Below, piece by piece: positions 48,419 through 59,377 of a stretch of DNA of 64,000 nt. The notes beneath the pieces were generated by a model. That model searched no databases and was not told the origin of the DNA. It worked only from the letters and a program-made list of their open reading frames with translations. A program made the translations under genes and the position numbers. Origin of the DNA: an uncultured Chloroflexia bacterium (GTDB lineage: Bacteria > Chloroflexota > Limnocylindria > Limnocylindrales > CSP1-4); assembly GCA_963805585.1 (NCBI GenBank), contig CAWDUR010000017.1, positions 103,818 to 167,817 of the forward strand, given 5' to 3'. Position 1 is the first letter of the stretch. Every line of letters begins with the position of its first letter.

Positions 48419-49726
48419 GAAACGGTCACCGTACCGGGCGCGTGGCGGCGGGCGGCGGCGCGCAGCTCGCCGGCCAGTGAGGGGATGACGCGACCCGTCA
48501 CGCGCACCCCGGCATCCTGGTATGTGACGTCCACCGTACCGCGCTCGCGGACCCGGGCCAGCAGCTCGCCCTCGGCATAGGGCAGCGTCACGTCGACGTC
48601 CTCCCAGAGATCCGCCAGCAGCGCCGAGATGCGCACTCGGAGCGTGTCCAGGCCGTAGCCGGTCAGGGCGGAGACCGGCACGGCGTCACCCACGACCGGC
48701 GCGAGGGCGTCGGCTCGCTGCCCCGCCGGGTCGAAGAGGTCGGCCTTGTTGAGCGCCACGATGCGGGGCTTCTGGCCCGGCACCGAGCTCGTCGAGGACC
48801 TCCTGCACGGTCTGGCGGTGCTCGCGCGCGTGGGCATCCGAGCCGTCCACGACCTCGATGAGGACGTCCGCACGCGTGACCTCCTCCAGCGTGGCTCGGA
48901 AGGCCTCCACGAGCTGGTGCGGCAGCTTGTGGATGAAGCCGACCGTGTCGGTCAGGACGACGCTCTGGCCGTCCCCGAGCTTCACCTGGCGGCTGGTCGG
49001 GTCGAGCGTCGCGAAGAGCCGGTCCTCGGCGCGCGCCGCCTCTCGGCCGGTCAGCGCGTTGAGGAGCGACGACTTGCCGGCGTTCGTGTAGCCCACGATG
49101 GCCAGGCTCGGCACGAGGCGCCGGTCGCGCGAACGGCCCGCCGTCTCGCGCTGCTGGCGGACCTGCTCGACGCGCTCCTTGAGCTTCGCGATGCGCCCGC
49201 GGATGACCCGCCGGTCGGTCTCCAGCTGCGTCTCACCGGGGCCGCGGGTCCCGATGCCACCGCCGGTGCGCGAGAGGTGCGTCCACATGCGCGTCAGGCG
49301 CGGGAGCTGGTACTGCAGCTGGGCGAGCTCGACCTGCAGGCGCCCCTCGTGCGTCTGGGCGTGCTGGGCGAAGATGTCCAGGATGAGGCCGCTGCGGTCG
49401 AGGACCTTGACCGTCAGGAGCTCCTCGAGGGCCCGCTGCTGGTTGGGTGACAGCTCATCGTCCGCGACAAGGAGGGTGAAGCCCGTCTCCTGCCTGGCGG
49501 CTTTCAGCTCCTCCGCCTTGCCCTTGCCCAGGTACCAGTTGGGGTCGACGTGTCGACGCCGCTGCCACTCCGCGCCGACCACGTCGGCGCCGGCCGTGTC
49601 GGCCAGGCTGGCCAGCTCGGCGAGCGAGTCCTCGGCGGTCCAGCCCACGTCGGCACCGGTCTCCACGGCGATGAGGAACGCTCGCTCCAGGGGTGGCGCG
49701 AGGTCGATGAGGTCGCTTCGGGTCAT
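48415..49726 (-). pseudogene. hflX: GTPase HflX, frame broken near 48778
   Basis: IVGYTNAGKSSLLNALTG, DTVGFIHKLPHQLVEAF and VVDGSD lie in the N frame. After ...EVLDELGA the C frame gives GQKPRIVALNKADL. There is an extra G in a G run. ATG 49726 overlaps the miaA stop (ATGA). Confidence 0.85.
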
Positions 49727-50676
49727 GGCTGGCCAGCATAGCCGCCGCGGCCGAGTCCGCGAAGGAAGGGCACCAGCAGGTCCCACGCGCGAGCGGTGAC
49801 CCCCTCCCCCGTGGCCAGCCACTGGACCTCTGGTTCCGAGCGGAACCAGGTGCGCTGGCGGCGCGCGTACGCCCAGGTGCGCTGCGTGTCGAGGGCCTTC
49901 GCCGACCCGAGGTCGCGGCGGCCTGCGAGCACGTCGAAGGCCTCCCGGTACCCCATGGCGCTGAAGGCCGGCAGGTCCTCTCTGAAACGCGCGCGGAGCC
50001 GGGCAGCCTCGTCGAGGAGCCCATGGGCGAACTGCTCGTCGACCCGGGCGCTGATGGTCGCGCGATGCTCCGTGGCATCGCGGGCAAGACCCAACCAGAT
50101 GAGGGGGGCCCCATAGCCCAGCGGCGGCGGCGGCACGCCCGACCCGGTCAGCATCACCCGCTCGAGGGCTCGGACGACGCGGCGGGGGTTGCGCTGGTCG
50201 ACGGCGGCCGCAGCGATCGGGTCACGCTGCTTCAGCGCGGTCACGAGGGCCGCCAGCCCGTCCACGGCCAGGCGGGCTTCCAGGTCCCTACGGATGGTGG
50301 CGTCGGTCGTGCCGGTCTCCAGTGGCAACCCGCGGGCCACGGCCCGCAGGTAGAGGCCCGTACCACCGACCAGGAACGCCAGTCCGCCGCGCGCCGCGAT
50401 GGCCGCAAGCGCTCCGAGCACCGCACGCCGGTAGTCGGAGACCGTGAATGGCGCGTCCGGGTCGACCAGGTCGAGACCGTGGTGGGGCACCGTTGCCTGC
50501 TCGGCCGGCGTCGCCTTGGCGGTGCCGATATCGAGGCCTCGGTAGACCTGGCGAGAGTCGGCCGAGACGATCTCCGCCCCTGGCAGCCGTCGCGCCAGCG
50601 CGAGCGCCAGCGCCGTCTTTCCGGTCGCCGTGGCGCCAGCCACGACCACGAGGGGCGGCAACTCAGCCGTGGCCAC
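49723..50676 (-). CDS. miaA: tRNA dimethylallyltransferase MiaA
   Basis: VVVAGATATGKTALALALA, IVSADSRQVYRGLDIGTAK, VPHHGLDLVDP. I chose GTG 50676, which overlaps the miaB 3' end by 14 nt. The longer track ORF to 50853 is probably read-through. Confidence 0.8.
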   Translation of the reverse strand: MATAELPPLVVVAGATATGKTALALALARRLPGAEIVSADSRQVYRGLDIGTAKATPAEQATVPHHGLDLVDPDAPFTVSDYRRAVLGALAAIAARGGLAFLVGGTGLYLRAVARGLPLETGTTDATIRRDLEARLAVDGLAALVTALKQRDPIAAAAVDQRNPRRVVRALERVMLTGSGVPPPPLGYGAPLIWLGLARDATEHRATISARVDEQFAHGLLDEAARLRARFREDLPAFSAMGYREAFDVLAGRRDLGSAKALDTQRTWAYARRQRTWFRSEPEVQWLATGEGVTARAWDLLVPFLRGLGRGGYAGQP

Positions 50677-52350
50677 CCTCCCCCACCACGCGGCCCGCGA
50701 GCGCGTAGGGACCGGCCCGTGTGATGACGACATCCACGAGCTGCCCCACGAGGCTGACCGGGCCGTCGAAATGGACGAGCTTGTGCTGGCGGTTGCGCCC
50801 CACGAGGCGCGGGCCACGCTCTGGGGAGTGGTGGACCTCATCGCTGGCGTCATGGTCGTGGTGTTCGTGAGAACGAGGCCGGCGAGCCTCCTCCACGAGG
50901 ATCCTCCGTCCGACGGCCGAGCCAGGCGTCGTTCAGCTCGCGACCGATGTCCTCCTGGAGCGCCAGCAGGGCGTTGAGCCGGCGGCGCTTCTCGACGGCC
51001 GGGACATCGTCGGGCAGGCGCGCGGCCGGGGTGCCCGGCCGCGGTGAGTAGGCCGCCGCGAAGACCTGGTCGAAGCGCACGGCGCGCAGCAGGTCGAGCG
51101 TGGCTTCGAACTGCGCTTCCGTCTCACCGCAGAAGCCGACGATGACGTCGGTCGTGAGGCTGATGCCGGGTACCGCCTCACGCAGGCGTGCCACCAGGTC
51201 GAGGTAGGCGGCCACGCTCGTACTGGCGGCCCATGCGGTGCAGGATCTCGTCCGAACCGGACTGCACGGGCAGGTGGAGGTGCTCGCAGACCGAGGGGCA
51301 TTCGGCCATGGCGGCGATGAGCCGTTCGGTGAGGTCCCAGGGGTGGGAGGTCACGAATCGCAGGCGGTCGACGACCGGCCGTCCGTGCTGGTCCCTGATG
51401 CCATCGATGGCCCGCAACAGGGCGGCGATGTCCGGGCGTCCATCACGGGCCTGGGCGCGTCCCAGCTGACGCTGCCCAGCCACATCTTCGAAGCGTGGGT
51501 CAGGCGGCAGGTCATGGCCCCAGGAGTTGACGTTCTGTCCGAGCAGGGTGACCTGCCGGCATCCCGAGGCCGCCAGCGTCATGGCCTCGGCCACGATGTC
51601 GTCGAAGGGGCGACTGCGCTCGGGTCCCCGAGCGAAGGGCACGATGCAGTACGTGCATGTCTTGTCGCATCCGTAGACGATGGGCAGCCACGCCCGAGTG
51701 CCACCCGACCGAGCGATGCGTCCAGTCTCCACGGCCGCGGCCCGCGTGGACGGCAGCCGGTCGGCCACAGCCGCCACGGACCGTCCGACTCGCTGGAACC
51801 CCGGCCCGGTCAGCGCGCCTGGCGTCGTGGGCCCCCCCAGGCCGAGGCGGGCGACGAGATCGGCCTCTTCGTCAGGACGCAGGAAGTGATCCACCGCCGG
51901 ATAGCGCCGCGCCAGGATGGCCTCGTTGTCCGCCCGGACCGAGCAGCCCGTGAGGACGACCCGAAGAGAGGGATCTGCCGCCTTCAGCCGAGCCAGCAGG
52001 CCCATCCGACCGATGATCTTCTGCTCGGCAGCCTCGCGGATCGAGCAGCTGTTGATGACGATGAGTCGGGCTTCCTCGAGCGTCGACGCCTCCGGGCACC
52101 CGACGGCCAGCAGGGCGCCGGCCATCTCCTCCGAGTCCGAGGCGTTCATCTGGCAGCCCAGCGTCCAGATGTGGAAGGCCGGCAGGAGTCGACCATCCGT
52201 GGCGTACTCCTGGAGGGCCGCCGCAGGCTGGGCACCCTGGCGCGGCGCAGCGGCGAAGGGTGGAGGCGTGTCGAGCACCGGCAGCGACAGTCCGCCTGAG
52301 CTCGCCGAACGCGGATGCAGGTCCATCTCGCCGCGGCGTGGCGTCGTCAT
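50663..52350 (-). pseudogene. miaB: tRNA-i6A37 methylthiotransferase MiaB (radical SAM), two frame breaks
   Basis: WTLGCQMNASDSEEM, radical-SAM CDKTCTYCIVP, HLPVQSGSDEILHRMGRQYE / VAAYLDLVARLREAVPGISLTTDVIVGFCGETE...GRRTE / ILVEEA...HKLVHFDGP (TRAM). +1 breaks lie near 51216 and 50903. Confidence 0.85.
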
Positions 52351-53142
52351 GCCTCGATGATGCGCGCGATCCGTTCCACGCTGCGGGCACGCCCGCTGGC
52401 GGTGTCGATGTCGACGAGCAGGGCGTTCAGGACGACCGGGCCGCTGCCCACCTCGAAGCGTGTGGGCAGACCGTTGATGAAGCGCGGCAGCACCGTCTCT
52501 GGCGCGAAGCCGATGACGCTGTCCAGTGGCCCGGTCATGCCCAGATCCGCCGTGAACGCGGTGCCACGCGGCAGGATGCGCTGATCGGCCGTGGGGACGT
52601 GGGTGTGCGTGCCCACCACCGCGCTGACGCGCCCGTCGAGGTAGAGCCCGAAGGCCGTCTTCTCGCTGGTCAACTCGCAGTGGAAGTCGACGAGACGAAC
52701 GGATGGAAGCTCATCGGCGGCCTCGTCGAGCAGGCGGTCCATCTCCGTGAACGGGTTCTCGATGGGGATCATCGTGGAGCGGCCCTGGGCGTTGACGACG
52801 GCGACCTCCGTGCCCTCGGCGGCGTGGAAGATGCCCCAGCCTCGGCCGGGCACCCCGTGGCTGCCGTAGTTGAGCGGTCGCAGGATGCGTTCGTCGCGAT
52901 CGAGCTCCGGGATGATCTCGCGCTTGTCCCAGATGTGGTTGCCGCTCGTGATGACGTCCACTCCACATCCGAACAGCGCGGCGGCCGTCGAGGTCGTGAG
53001 ACCCATGCCGCCCGCCAGGTTCTCGCCGTTTGCGGTCACGAGGTCCACGCCGCGCTCGTCGCGCAATCCAGGCAGGCTGCGTTCCAGGGCCACACGCCCT
53101 GGGCGTCCGATGACGTCCCCGATCGATGAGGACGCGGAGCAC
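52347..53142 (-). pseudogene. ymdB: YmdB-family metallophosphoesterase (2',3'-cyclic-nucleotide 2'-phosphodiesterase type), frame broken near 53124
   Basis: VLRVLI / IGDVIGRPGRVALERSL..., ANGENLAGGMG, SGNHIWD, VVGTHTHVPTAD. There is one extra base right after the start region. The stop overlaps the miaB ATG (ATGA). Confidence 0.8.
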
Positions 53143-53263
53143 CCCGGCGCCCGGCGTGAGCGACAGGGTCGGCAGCTGGTCAGCCGCCAGCGTGCGCGCC
53201 TTCTCTCGCCGGGTCACGTCCAGGTCGGCCCGGACCTGCCTGGGCCGCGCCGCGGCGGCCGGG

Positions 53264-54795
53264 TCACTTGGCGTACTCCACCGAACGCGTCTCGCGGATG
53301 ACGGTGACCTTGATCTGGCCCGGATAGGTCAGCGTCTCCTCGATCTGGCGGACGATGTCGCGGGCAAGTCGGCCCGACGCGAGGTCGTCGATCTCCTCCG
53401 GCTTGACGAGGATGCGCACCTCGCGGCCGGCCTGCACGGCAAAGGACTTCTCCACCCCGGGGAAGGCATCGGCGATGGCCTGCAGGTCGGTGAGACGCTT
53501 CAGGTAGGTGTCCATCGTCTCGCCGCGGGCACCAGGACGCGAAGCGCTGATGGCGTCAGCGATCTGGACGATGGGTGCCTCCGGGCAGGTGTACTCGACC
53601 TCCTGGTGGTGCGCGGCGATGGCGTTGATGGCCTTGGGCGATAGGCCATGACGCCGTGCGATCTCCGCACCGATGGCCGCGTGCGGTCCCTCTACCTCGT
53701 GATCGATGGCCTTGCCCATGTCATGCAGCAGACCGCCCAGCTTGGCCGCCTGGACATCCGCGCCAAGCTCGGCGGCGATGACGGCCGCCAGGTGTGAGGT
53801 CTCCTTGACGTGGTTGAGGACGCTCTGGCCGAAGGAGGTGCGGTAGCGCAGCCGGCCGATCAGGGTGAGGATCTCCACCGGCAGGCCGGGCACGCCGCAG
53901 TCGTAGGCGGCTGCCTCCCCTGACTCGCGGATGAGCACGTCCACCTCGGCCCGCGACTTCTCGACGACATCCTCGATGCGTCCGGGATGGATGCGACCAT
54001 CGGAGATGAGCTTGGTCAGCGCCAGGCGGGCGACCTCGCGTCGGACCGGGTCGAACCCGCTGAGCATGACGGCATCGGGAGTGTCGTCGATGATGAGGTC
54101 GATGCCGGTGGCCTGCTCCAGGGCCCGGATGTTGCGGCCCTCGCGCCCGATGATGCGACCCTTCATCTCATCGGAGGGGATGGGCACGATGGTGACCGTG
54201 GCCTCTGCGGTGTGGTCGACCATGACCCGCTGGATGGCGGTGATGACGACGTCGCGCGCCTTGTCCTCGGCGTTCTCGCGAGCCGACCGCTCGATGGCAC
54301 GCACGAGGCGAACGGCATCATGCTCGGCCTCCTCACGCACCTGCTCCACCAGCACGGCCTTGGCCTCCTCTGCAGACAGGCCGCTGACCCGTTCGAGGGC
54401 CTGCACCTGCTCGCTACGAGCGGCCGCCAGCTCGGCGCGCTGCGACTCGAGTTCCTGCTCGCGGATGAGCAGCTTGCGGTCGCGCTCCTCGAGCATGTCG
54501 GTGCGCTGGTCGAGCTGCTCGTCGCGGGCCAGGAGGCGCCGCTCGAGGGCGGCCAGATCGTTGCGCTTGGAGCGTCCCTCCTCATCGAGCTCACGATGGA
54601 GGCGGACCTGCTCCTCCTTGGCCTGGAGGATGAGCTCCTTCTGTTGGGCGCGCGCCTCGGCCACGATGCGCTCGGACTTCTCGTTGGCAGCCTTGATGGA
54701 CTGCGAAGCGACGAATCCACGCGCCACGAAACCGACCGCGAGCCCGCCAACGGCCACCACGAGCAGGATGACCGCCATGACGACGGGTTCGTTCA
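53264..54795 (-). CDS. rny: ribonuclease Y
   Basis: GGGAGGG SD, then ATG 54795. N-terminal TM, a long coiled coil, KH domain ([15 protein letters not shown]) and HD domain ([12 protein letters not shown]). Confidence 0.95.
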
Positions 54796-54923
54796 TCTGT
54801 CCCTCCCATCCAGCGCCGACGGCTGGACGTGAATCACGATCCTGTGGCACCACCTCGCGGTGGTCGGACGACGGCTCTCCCTGTGCCGCCGCTGACGGTC
54901 CGCCCGGCGTGGCGGCGAGCCGA

Positions 54924-54951
54924 CGAAAACGGCCCGCCACGGCGCTGGCCG
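54924..54951 (-). terminator. candidate intrinsic terminator after recX
   Basis: The minus-sense sequence is a GC-rich imperfect hairpin (CGGCCAGCGCCGTGGCGGGCCG) followed by TTTTC. Confidence 0.35.
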
Positions 54952-54995
54952 TCCGTGGTCAGATCAGCTAGCCTACCCGGCCAATGAAGAGAGCG

Positions 54996-55604
54996 TCAAA
55001 CGCCCTCGTCGTCGCTCAGTGACAGGCCTCCGGCAAGCGAGGCGGCCAGCTCCGCGCAGATGTCCGGGGTGAACCCGTGGCGTGCCAGCAGGGCATACGC
55101 CTTCTGGCGCCGGCGCCTTGGATCCGCCTCTCGCTGCAGCCGGGCCGCGTGCCGTTCCAGGAGCTGCCGGCCCGCGCGACGATCCGCCAGCATTCCCGGA
55201 TCGACGTCTCGGGGAGCGTGGGCCGCCGGTGTCTTCGAGCGGTTCGCGAGGACCTCGTCCACGATGTCTCGCGACACGCCCTTCTGGTGCAACTCGCGGC
55301 GCAGCGCCAGGCTGCCGCGCGGGCGCGATCGATCGCGGCTCTCCACCCAGGCCCGTGCGAAGGCACGATCGTCCAGGTAGCCCACCGACAGGAGCCGCTC
55401 GACCACGTCATCCACGAGGGCCGGCGGGTATCCGAGCACGCGCAGCCGGCGCCGCGTCTCCGCCTCCGACCGAGGCCGGACCGCGAGGAACACAGCTGCG
55501 GCCTCCATGACGATCTCCGGGTCGGTCACCGCCGCGCGCCGGGCGCGGCGATCCAGAGCGGCCTGGCGCCGATCGACGGCGTCGCGGCCGGGAGGGGGCG
55601 TCAC
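54996..55604 (-). CDS. recX: recombination regulator RecX
   Basis: 202 aa of helical repeats, immediately downstream of recA (VGYLDDRAFARAWVESR, LRRELHQKGVSRDIVDEVL). Confidence 0.8.
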   Translation of the reverse strand: MTPPPGRDAVDRRQAALDRRARRAAVTDPEIVMEAAAVFLAVRPRSEAETRRRLRVLGYPPALVDDVVERLLSVGYLDDRAFARAWVESRDRSRPRGSLALRRELHQKGVSRDIVDEVLANRSKTPAAHAPRDVDPGMLADRRAGRQLLERHAARLQREADPRRRRQKAYALLARHGFTPDICAELAASLAGGLSLSDDEGV

Positions 55605-55648
55605 GAGTCGCGTCGGTCTGATCGGCGCCTTGGGGTCAGCCGACGTGC

Positions 55649-56740
55649 CTACTCAGCCTCCTTGATGCCCTCCACCGGGACATCGATGGTGGCCACTCGG
55701 CCGCGGATCTCCGTCTCGAGCAGTGACGCGATGTCCGGGTTGGCCCGCAGGAACTCCTTGGACTGCTCGCGGCCCTGTCCGAGGCGGGTCTCGCCATAGT
55801 TGAACCAGGCTCCCGACTTGCGCACGACGTCAGAAGCCACGCCGACATCCAGCAGGCCACCCTCGCGCGAGATGCCGCTGCCATACATGACGTCGAACTC
55901 GGCGACCCGGAAGGGCGCCGCCACCTTGTTCTTGACGACCTTGACGCGACAGCGGATGCCCACCGCCTCCGAGCCCGTCGTGATGGTCTCGATGCGGCGG
56001 ATGTCGAGGCGCACGCTGGAGTAGAACTTCAGGGCGCGGCCGCCCGGCGTCACCTCCGGGTTGCCGAACATGACGCCGATCTTCTCGCGCAGCTGGTTGG
56101 TGAATACGAGGGCCGTGTTGGAGCGGCTCACGATGCCGGTCAGCTTGCGCAGGGCCTGGCTCATGAGGCGTGCCTGGATGCCCACGAAGGAGTCACCCAT
56201 CTCGCCCTCGATCTCCGCGCGCGGCACGAGGGCCGCCACGGAGTCCACGACGACGCAGTCCACGCCGCCGGAGCGGATGAGGGTCTCCGTGATCTCCAGG
56301 GCCTGCTCACCCGTGTCCGGTTGGCTCACCAGCAGGTTGTTGACGTCCACGCCGCAGGCCCGGGCGTACTGCGGGTCCAGGGCGTGCTCGACGTCGATGA
56401 AGGCGACGACGCCGCCGAGTCGCTGGGCCTCCGCGAGGACGTGCTGGCAGACGGTGGTCTTGCCCGATGACTCGGGACCGAAGATCTCCGTGATGCGCCC
56501 ACGCGGAAGACCGCCCACGCCGAGAGCGAGGTCCAGGGCGATGGAGCCCGTGGGGATGGAGTCGATCTGCTGCCGTTCGTCCGAACCGAGGCGCATGATC
56601 GAGCCTTGCCCGAACTGCTTCTCTATCGAGAGGATGGCGGCTTCCACCGCCTGCTGGCGGTCCTTGCGCTGGGCGTCACGCGCCCCATTCGCAGAGCTCT
56701 TGTCTGTCCCGGTCGACCGACCGGCGCTGGTGACGGTCAT
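55649..56740 (-). CDS. recA: recombinase RecA
   Basis: [27 protein letters not shown]1/L2 loops, [19 protein letters not shown]. Confidence 0.97.
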   Translation of the reverse strand: MTVTSAGRSTGTDKSSANGARDAQRKDRQQAVEAAILSIEKQFGQGSIMRLGSDERQQIDSIPTGSIALDLALGVGGLPRGRITEIFGPESSGKTTVCQHVLAEAQRLGGVVAFIDVEHALDPQYARACGVDVNNLLVSQPDTGEQALEITETLIRSGGVDCVVVDSVAALVPRAEIEGEMGDSFVGIQARLMSQALRKLTGIVSRSNTALVFTNQLREKIGVMFGNPEVTPGGRALKFYSSVRLDIRRIETITTGSEAVGIRCRVKVVKNKVAAPFRVAEFDVMYGSGISREGGLLDVGVASDVVRKSGAWFNYGETRLGQGREQSKEFLRANPDIASLLETEIRGRVATIDVPVEGIKEAE

Positions 56741-56788
56741 GCCTGGTGCACCTCCGAGGCTGCCACCGTGCCGATCTGTCCAAAGGCG

Positions 56789-56947
56789 CTACTCCGTTGC
56801 GTCCTCCTCCTCACGCGGCTTCCGCTTGGGCTTGATCTCCTCGACGGAGGGCAGCGGCGGCTCGGAGAACGACTCCAGCTTGACCTTGGTCTTCTTCGAC
56901 TTCGGGGGCTTCTTGGCTTCACGGCGAGAGGGGACTTTTCCGGCCAT
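56789..56947 (-). CDS. possible 52-aa lysine-rich protein upstream of recA
   Basis: GAGGA SD, then ATG 56947: MAGKVPSRREAKKPPKSKKTKVKLESFSEPPLPSVEEIKPKRKPREEEDATE, TAG at 56789-56791. Below the ORF-track cut-off. Its codons look native compared with the overlapping Arg/Ser-rich track ORF 56737..56922. Confidence 0.35.
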   Translation of the reverse strand: MAGKVPSRREAKKPPKSKKTKVKLESFSEPPLPSVEEIKPKRKPREEEDATE

Positions 56948-56995
56948 CGTTCCTCACGCCTCCGACTGGTGCCGCCTAGTCTGGGCGGCGGGACT

Positions 56996-58187
56996 TCACT
57001 CCGACTTCACCCTCCCTTCGTCCGCAGTCTCAGCGCCATTCGTGTCAGCTTGGCTGTCACGAAGCGACTGCCTCAGTCCAGGGAAGGTGCCGGCCCGGAT
57101 GGCGGACCGGATCCTGGCCATGAAGTCTAGGGTGAAGGTGAGGTTGTGACAAGTCGCCAGCCGGTAGGCGAGCAGCTCGTTGGCCCGGAACAGGTGGGCC
57201 AGGTAGGCTCGTGAGAAGGTCCGGCAGAGGCGGCACGGACAGCCTTCCTGCACGGGGCGCGGATCGTCCAGGTAGCCCGCATTGCGTAAGTTCAGGCGCC
57301 CTCGCGGCACCCACAGCGAGCCGTTGCGTGCCACGCGCGCCGGCAGGACGGAGTCGAACATGTCGATGCCCGCATCCACGGCGTCCAGGAGGTCCATGGG
57401 CGAACCGAGCCCCATGAGGTAACGCGGTCGCGGATCGTCCGCCAGGAGCGCCACGACGACGTCCAGGACGGCTCGCCGCTGGGCCGGCGTCTCATCGCCG
57501 GCCAGACCGCCGATGCAGATGCCGTCGAAGGGCAGGCCCGTGATGGCCTGCGTGGAGTCCGGTGCGCAGGTCGTCCTCCAGGCCACCCTGGATGATGCCG
57601 AAGAGCGCCTGGTCCTCACGCTGATGCGCAGCCAGACACCGTTCCGCCCAGCGATGCGTGCGAGCCGTGGCCTCCGCGACCTCGACCCGCGAGGAGGCGT
57701 GCGGCGGCACGGGCTGGTCCAGGCAGACCGCGATGTCCGCGCCCAAGGCCTCCTGGACGGCGATGGCGTACTCCGGGCTGAAGTGCAGCAGCGCCCCGTC
57801 CAGGTGCGAGCGGAAGGTGACACCTTCCTCGTCGATCCGGCGCAGGTCGCCAAGGCTGACGACCTGGAAACCACCAGAGTCGGTCAGGATGGGACGATCC
57901 CAGGCCATGAACCGGTGCAAGCCTCCCAGCCTGGCGATGCGCTCGTGGCCCGGGCGCAGCGAGAGGTGGTAGGTGTTGGCGAGGATGATGGTGGCGCCGA
58001 CCTCGCGCAGGTCGTCGGGGTCCAGGGCCTTGACGGTGGCGTTGGTGCCGACGGGCATGAAGATGGGGGTCTCAACGACGCCGTGCGGTGTCTCCAGCCG
58101 TCCCGCGCGTGCCCGGGTCTGCCCGGCGGCCGGAGCAGGGGCGGCCTCGAAGCGGATGGGCGAGCGACGTCCCAAGCGGCTGCTCAC
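56996..58187 (-). pseudogene. tgt: queuine tRNA-ribosyltransferase Tgt, frame broken near 57560
   Basis: [23 protein letters not shown] and [13 protein letters not shown] lie in the N frame. The C frame gives [43 protein letters not shown]. Confidence 0.85.
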
Positions 58188-58212
58188 CGACCCAGCCAGG
58201 CCAGCAGCGCCA

Positions 58213-59313
58213 TCATCCGGCCGGCTCTTCCGCGCCGAGGCGGCCCTCGGCCGTCATGCCGTCCCAGAGCCCTGGGTCGTCCCGCTCCGCCCGCCGTGGC
58301 GGTGGCACCTCATAGCCGAGCGAGCGCAGGTGCTCGCGCGCCAGCTCCGTGGCCATGCGCCCCTGCGGGGTACGGTCGAGGAAGCCCAGCTGCAGGAGGT
58401 ACGGCTCATAGACGTCTTCCACGGTCTCCACCTCTTCCCCGATGACCGCGGCGATGGCCGCCCCGCCCACCGGGCCCGACCCGAACTTCTGGACGATGGC
58501 CGCCAGGAGCCTGCGATCCGTGGTATCCAGGCCCACGGCATCGATGTCCAGGCTCTCCATGGCTGCCCTGGCCTGATCTTCAGTGATGCGCCCGTCCCCC
58601 CGGACCTGGGCATGGTCCCGGGTGCGTCGCAGGAGGCGGTTGACGATGCGCGGGGTGCCACGACCCCGGGCGGCCAGGATGGCCACGGCGGCCTCGTCGA
58701 TGTCGACGCCAAGGATGCCAGCCGAGCGCCAGACGATCTCCGCAAGCTCTGACTCCGCGTAGTAGTCGAGACGGTAGACCGCCCCGAAGCGGTCCCGGAG
58801 TGGCGAGCTGATGCGGCCTGCTCGCGTCGTGGCGCCGACCACCGTGAACGGCTTGAGCGAGAGCCGCAGGCTGCGCGCGCTTGGGCCACGACCGATCATG
58901 ACGTCGATGGCGAAGTCCTCCATGGCCGGATAGAGGATCTCCTCCACGGAGTGATTGAGCCGGTGTACCTCATCGATGAAGAGGACGTCCCGCTCGTCGA
59001 TGTTGGTGAGGATGGCGGCCAGGTCCCCGGGACGCTCGATGGCCGGCCCGCTCGTGGTGTGGATGGCGACCCCGAGCTCCCGGGCCACGATGTTGGCCAG
59101 GGTCGTCTTGCCGAGCCCAGGTGGTCCGTAGAGCAGGACGTGGTCAGCCGCCTCTCGTCGGCCGTTGGCTGCGGCCAGCAGGACCGAGAGGTTCTCCTTG
59201 ACCTGGCCCTGACCGATGTACTCGTCCAGTTGGCGCGGGCGCAGCGACGTCTCGATGCTGTTCTCGTCGGGTCGCGCCAGTTCCGGCGCGACAGAGCGTG
59301 CCTCGTCATCCAT
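58213..59313 (-). CDS. ruvB: Holliday junction branch migration helicase RuvB
   Basis: [39 protein letters not shown]. Confidence 0.95.
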   Translation of the reverse strand: MDDEARSVAPELARPDENSIETSLRPRQLDEYIGQGQVKENLSVLLAAANGRREAADHVLLYGPPGLGKTTLANIVARELGVAIHTTSGPAIERPGDLAAILTNIDERDVLFIDEVHRLNHSVEEILYPAMEDFAIDVMIGRGPSARSLRLSLKPFTVVGATTRAGRISSPLRDRFGAVYRLDYYAESELAEIVWRSAGILGVDIDEAAVAILAARGRGTPRIVNRLLRRTRDHAQVRGDGRITEDQARAAMESLDIDAVGLDTTDRRLLAAIVQKFGSGPVGGAAIAAVIGEEVETVEDVYEPYLLQLGFLDRTPQGRMATELAREHLRSLGYEVPPPRRAERDDPGLWDGMTAEGRLGAEEPAG

Positions 59314-59346
59314 GGGCCGTCAGTCTACCAGAGACCAGCGTCGAAT

Positions 59347-59360
59347 GGAACAGACGTTCG
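59347..59360. promoter_or_regulatory. candidate LexA (SOS) box in the ruvA-ruvB intergenic region
   Basis: GGAACAGACGTTCG contains the only perfect GAAC-N4-GTTC I found in the window. The 16-mer TGGAACAGACGTTCGA has one mismatch to TCGAAC-N4-GTTCGA. It is embedded in the inverted repeat CGTCGAA...TTCGACG (59339-59363). Confidence 0.45.
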
Positions 59361-59377
59361 ACGCCTGCCCTGGTCGT

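Noticed and set aside
49832-49847. Perfect 16-nt palindrome GGTTCCGAGCGGAACC
   Set aside because: It lies inside the miaA coding region, its half-sites are in GTTC...GAAC orientation (the reverse of a LexA box), and there is no adjacent promoter context. It is probably coincidental.
50677-50853. N-terminal 59 codons of the track's 376-aa miaA ORF
   Set aside because: This part overlaps the well-supported MiaB TRAM-domain C-terminus in another frame. The conserved MiaA P-loop begins right after GTG 50676.
56737-56922. Track ORF of 61 aa (MKPRSPRSRRRPRSSWSRSPSRR...) upstream of recA
   Set aside because: It has an extreme Arg/Ser composition and no SD. The alternative frame on the same strand has a proper SD and a more protein-like Lys/Glu/Pro sequence (reported as the 52-aa candidate).
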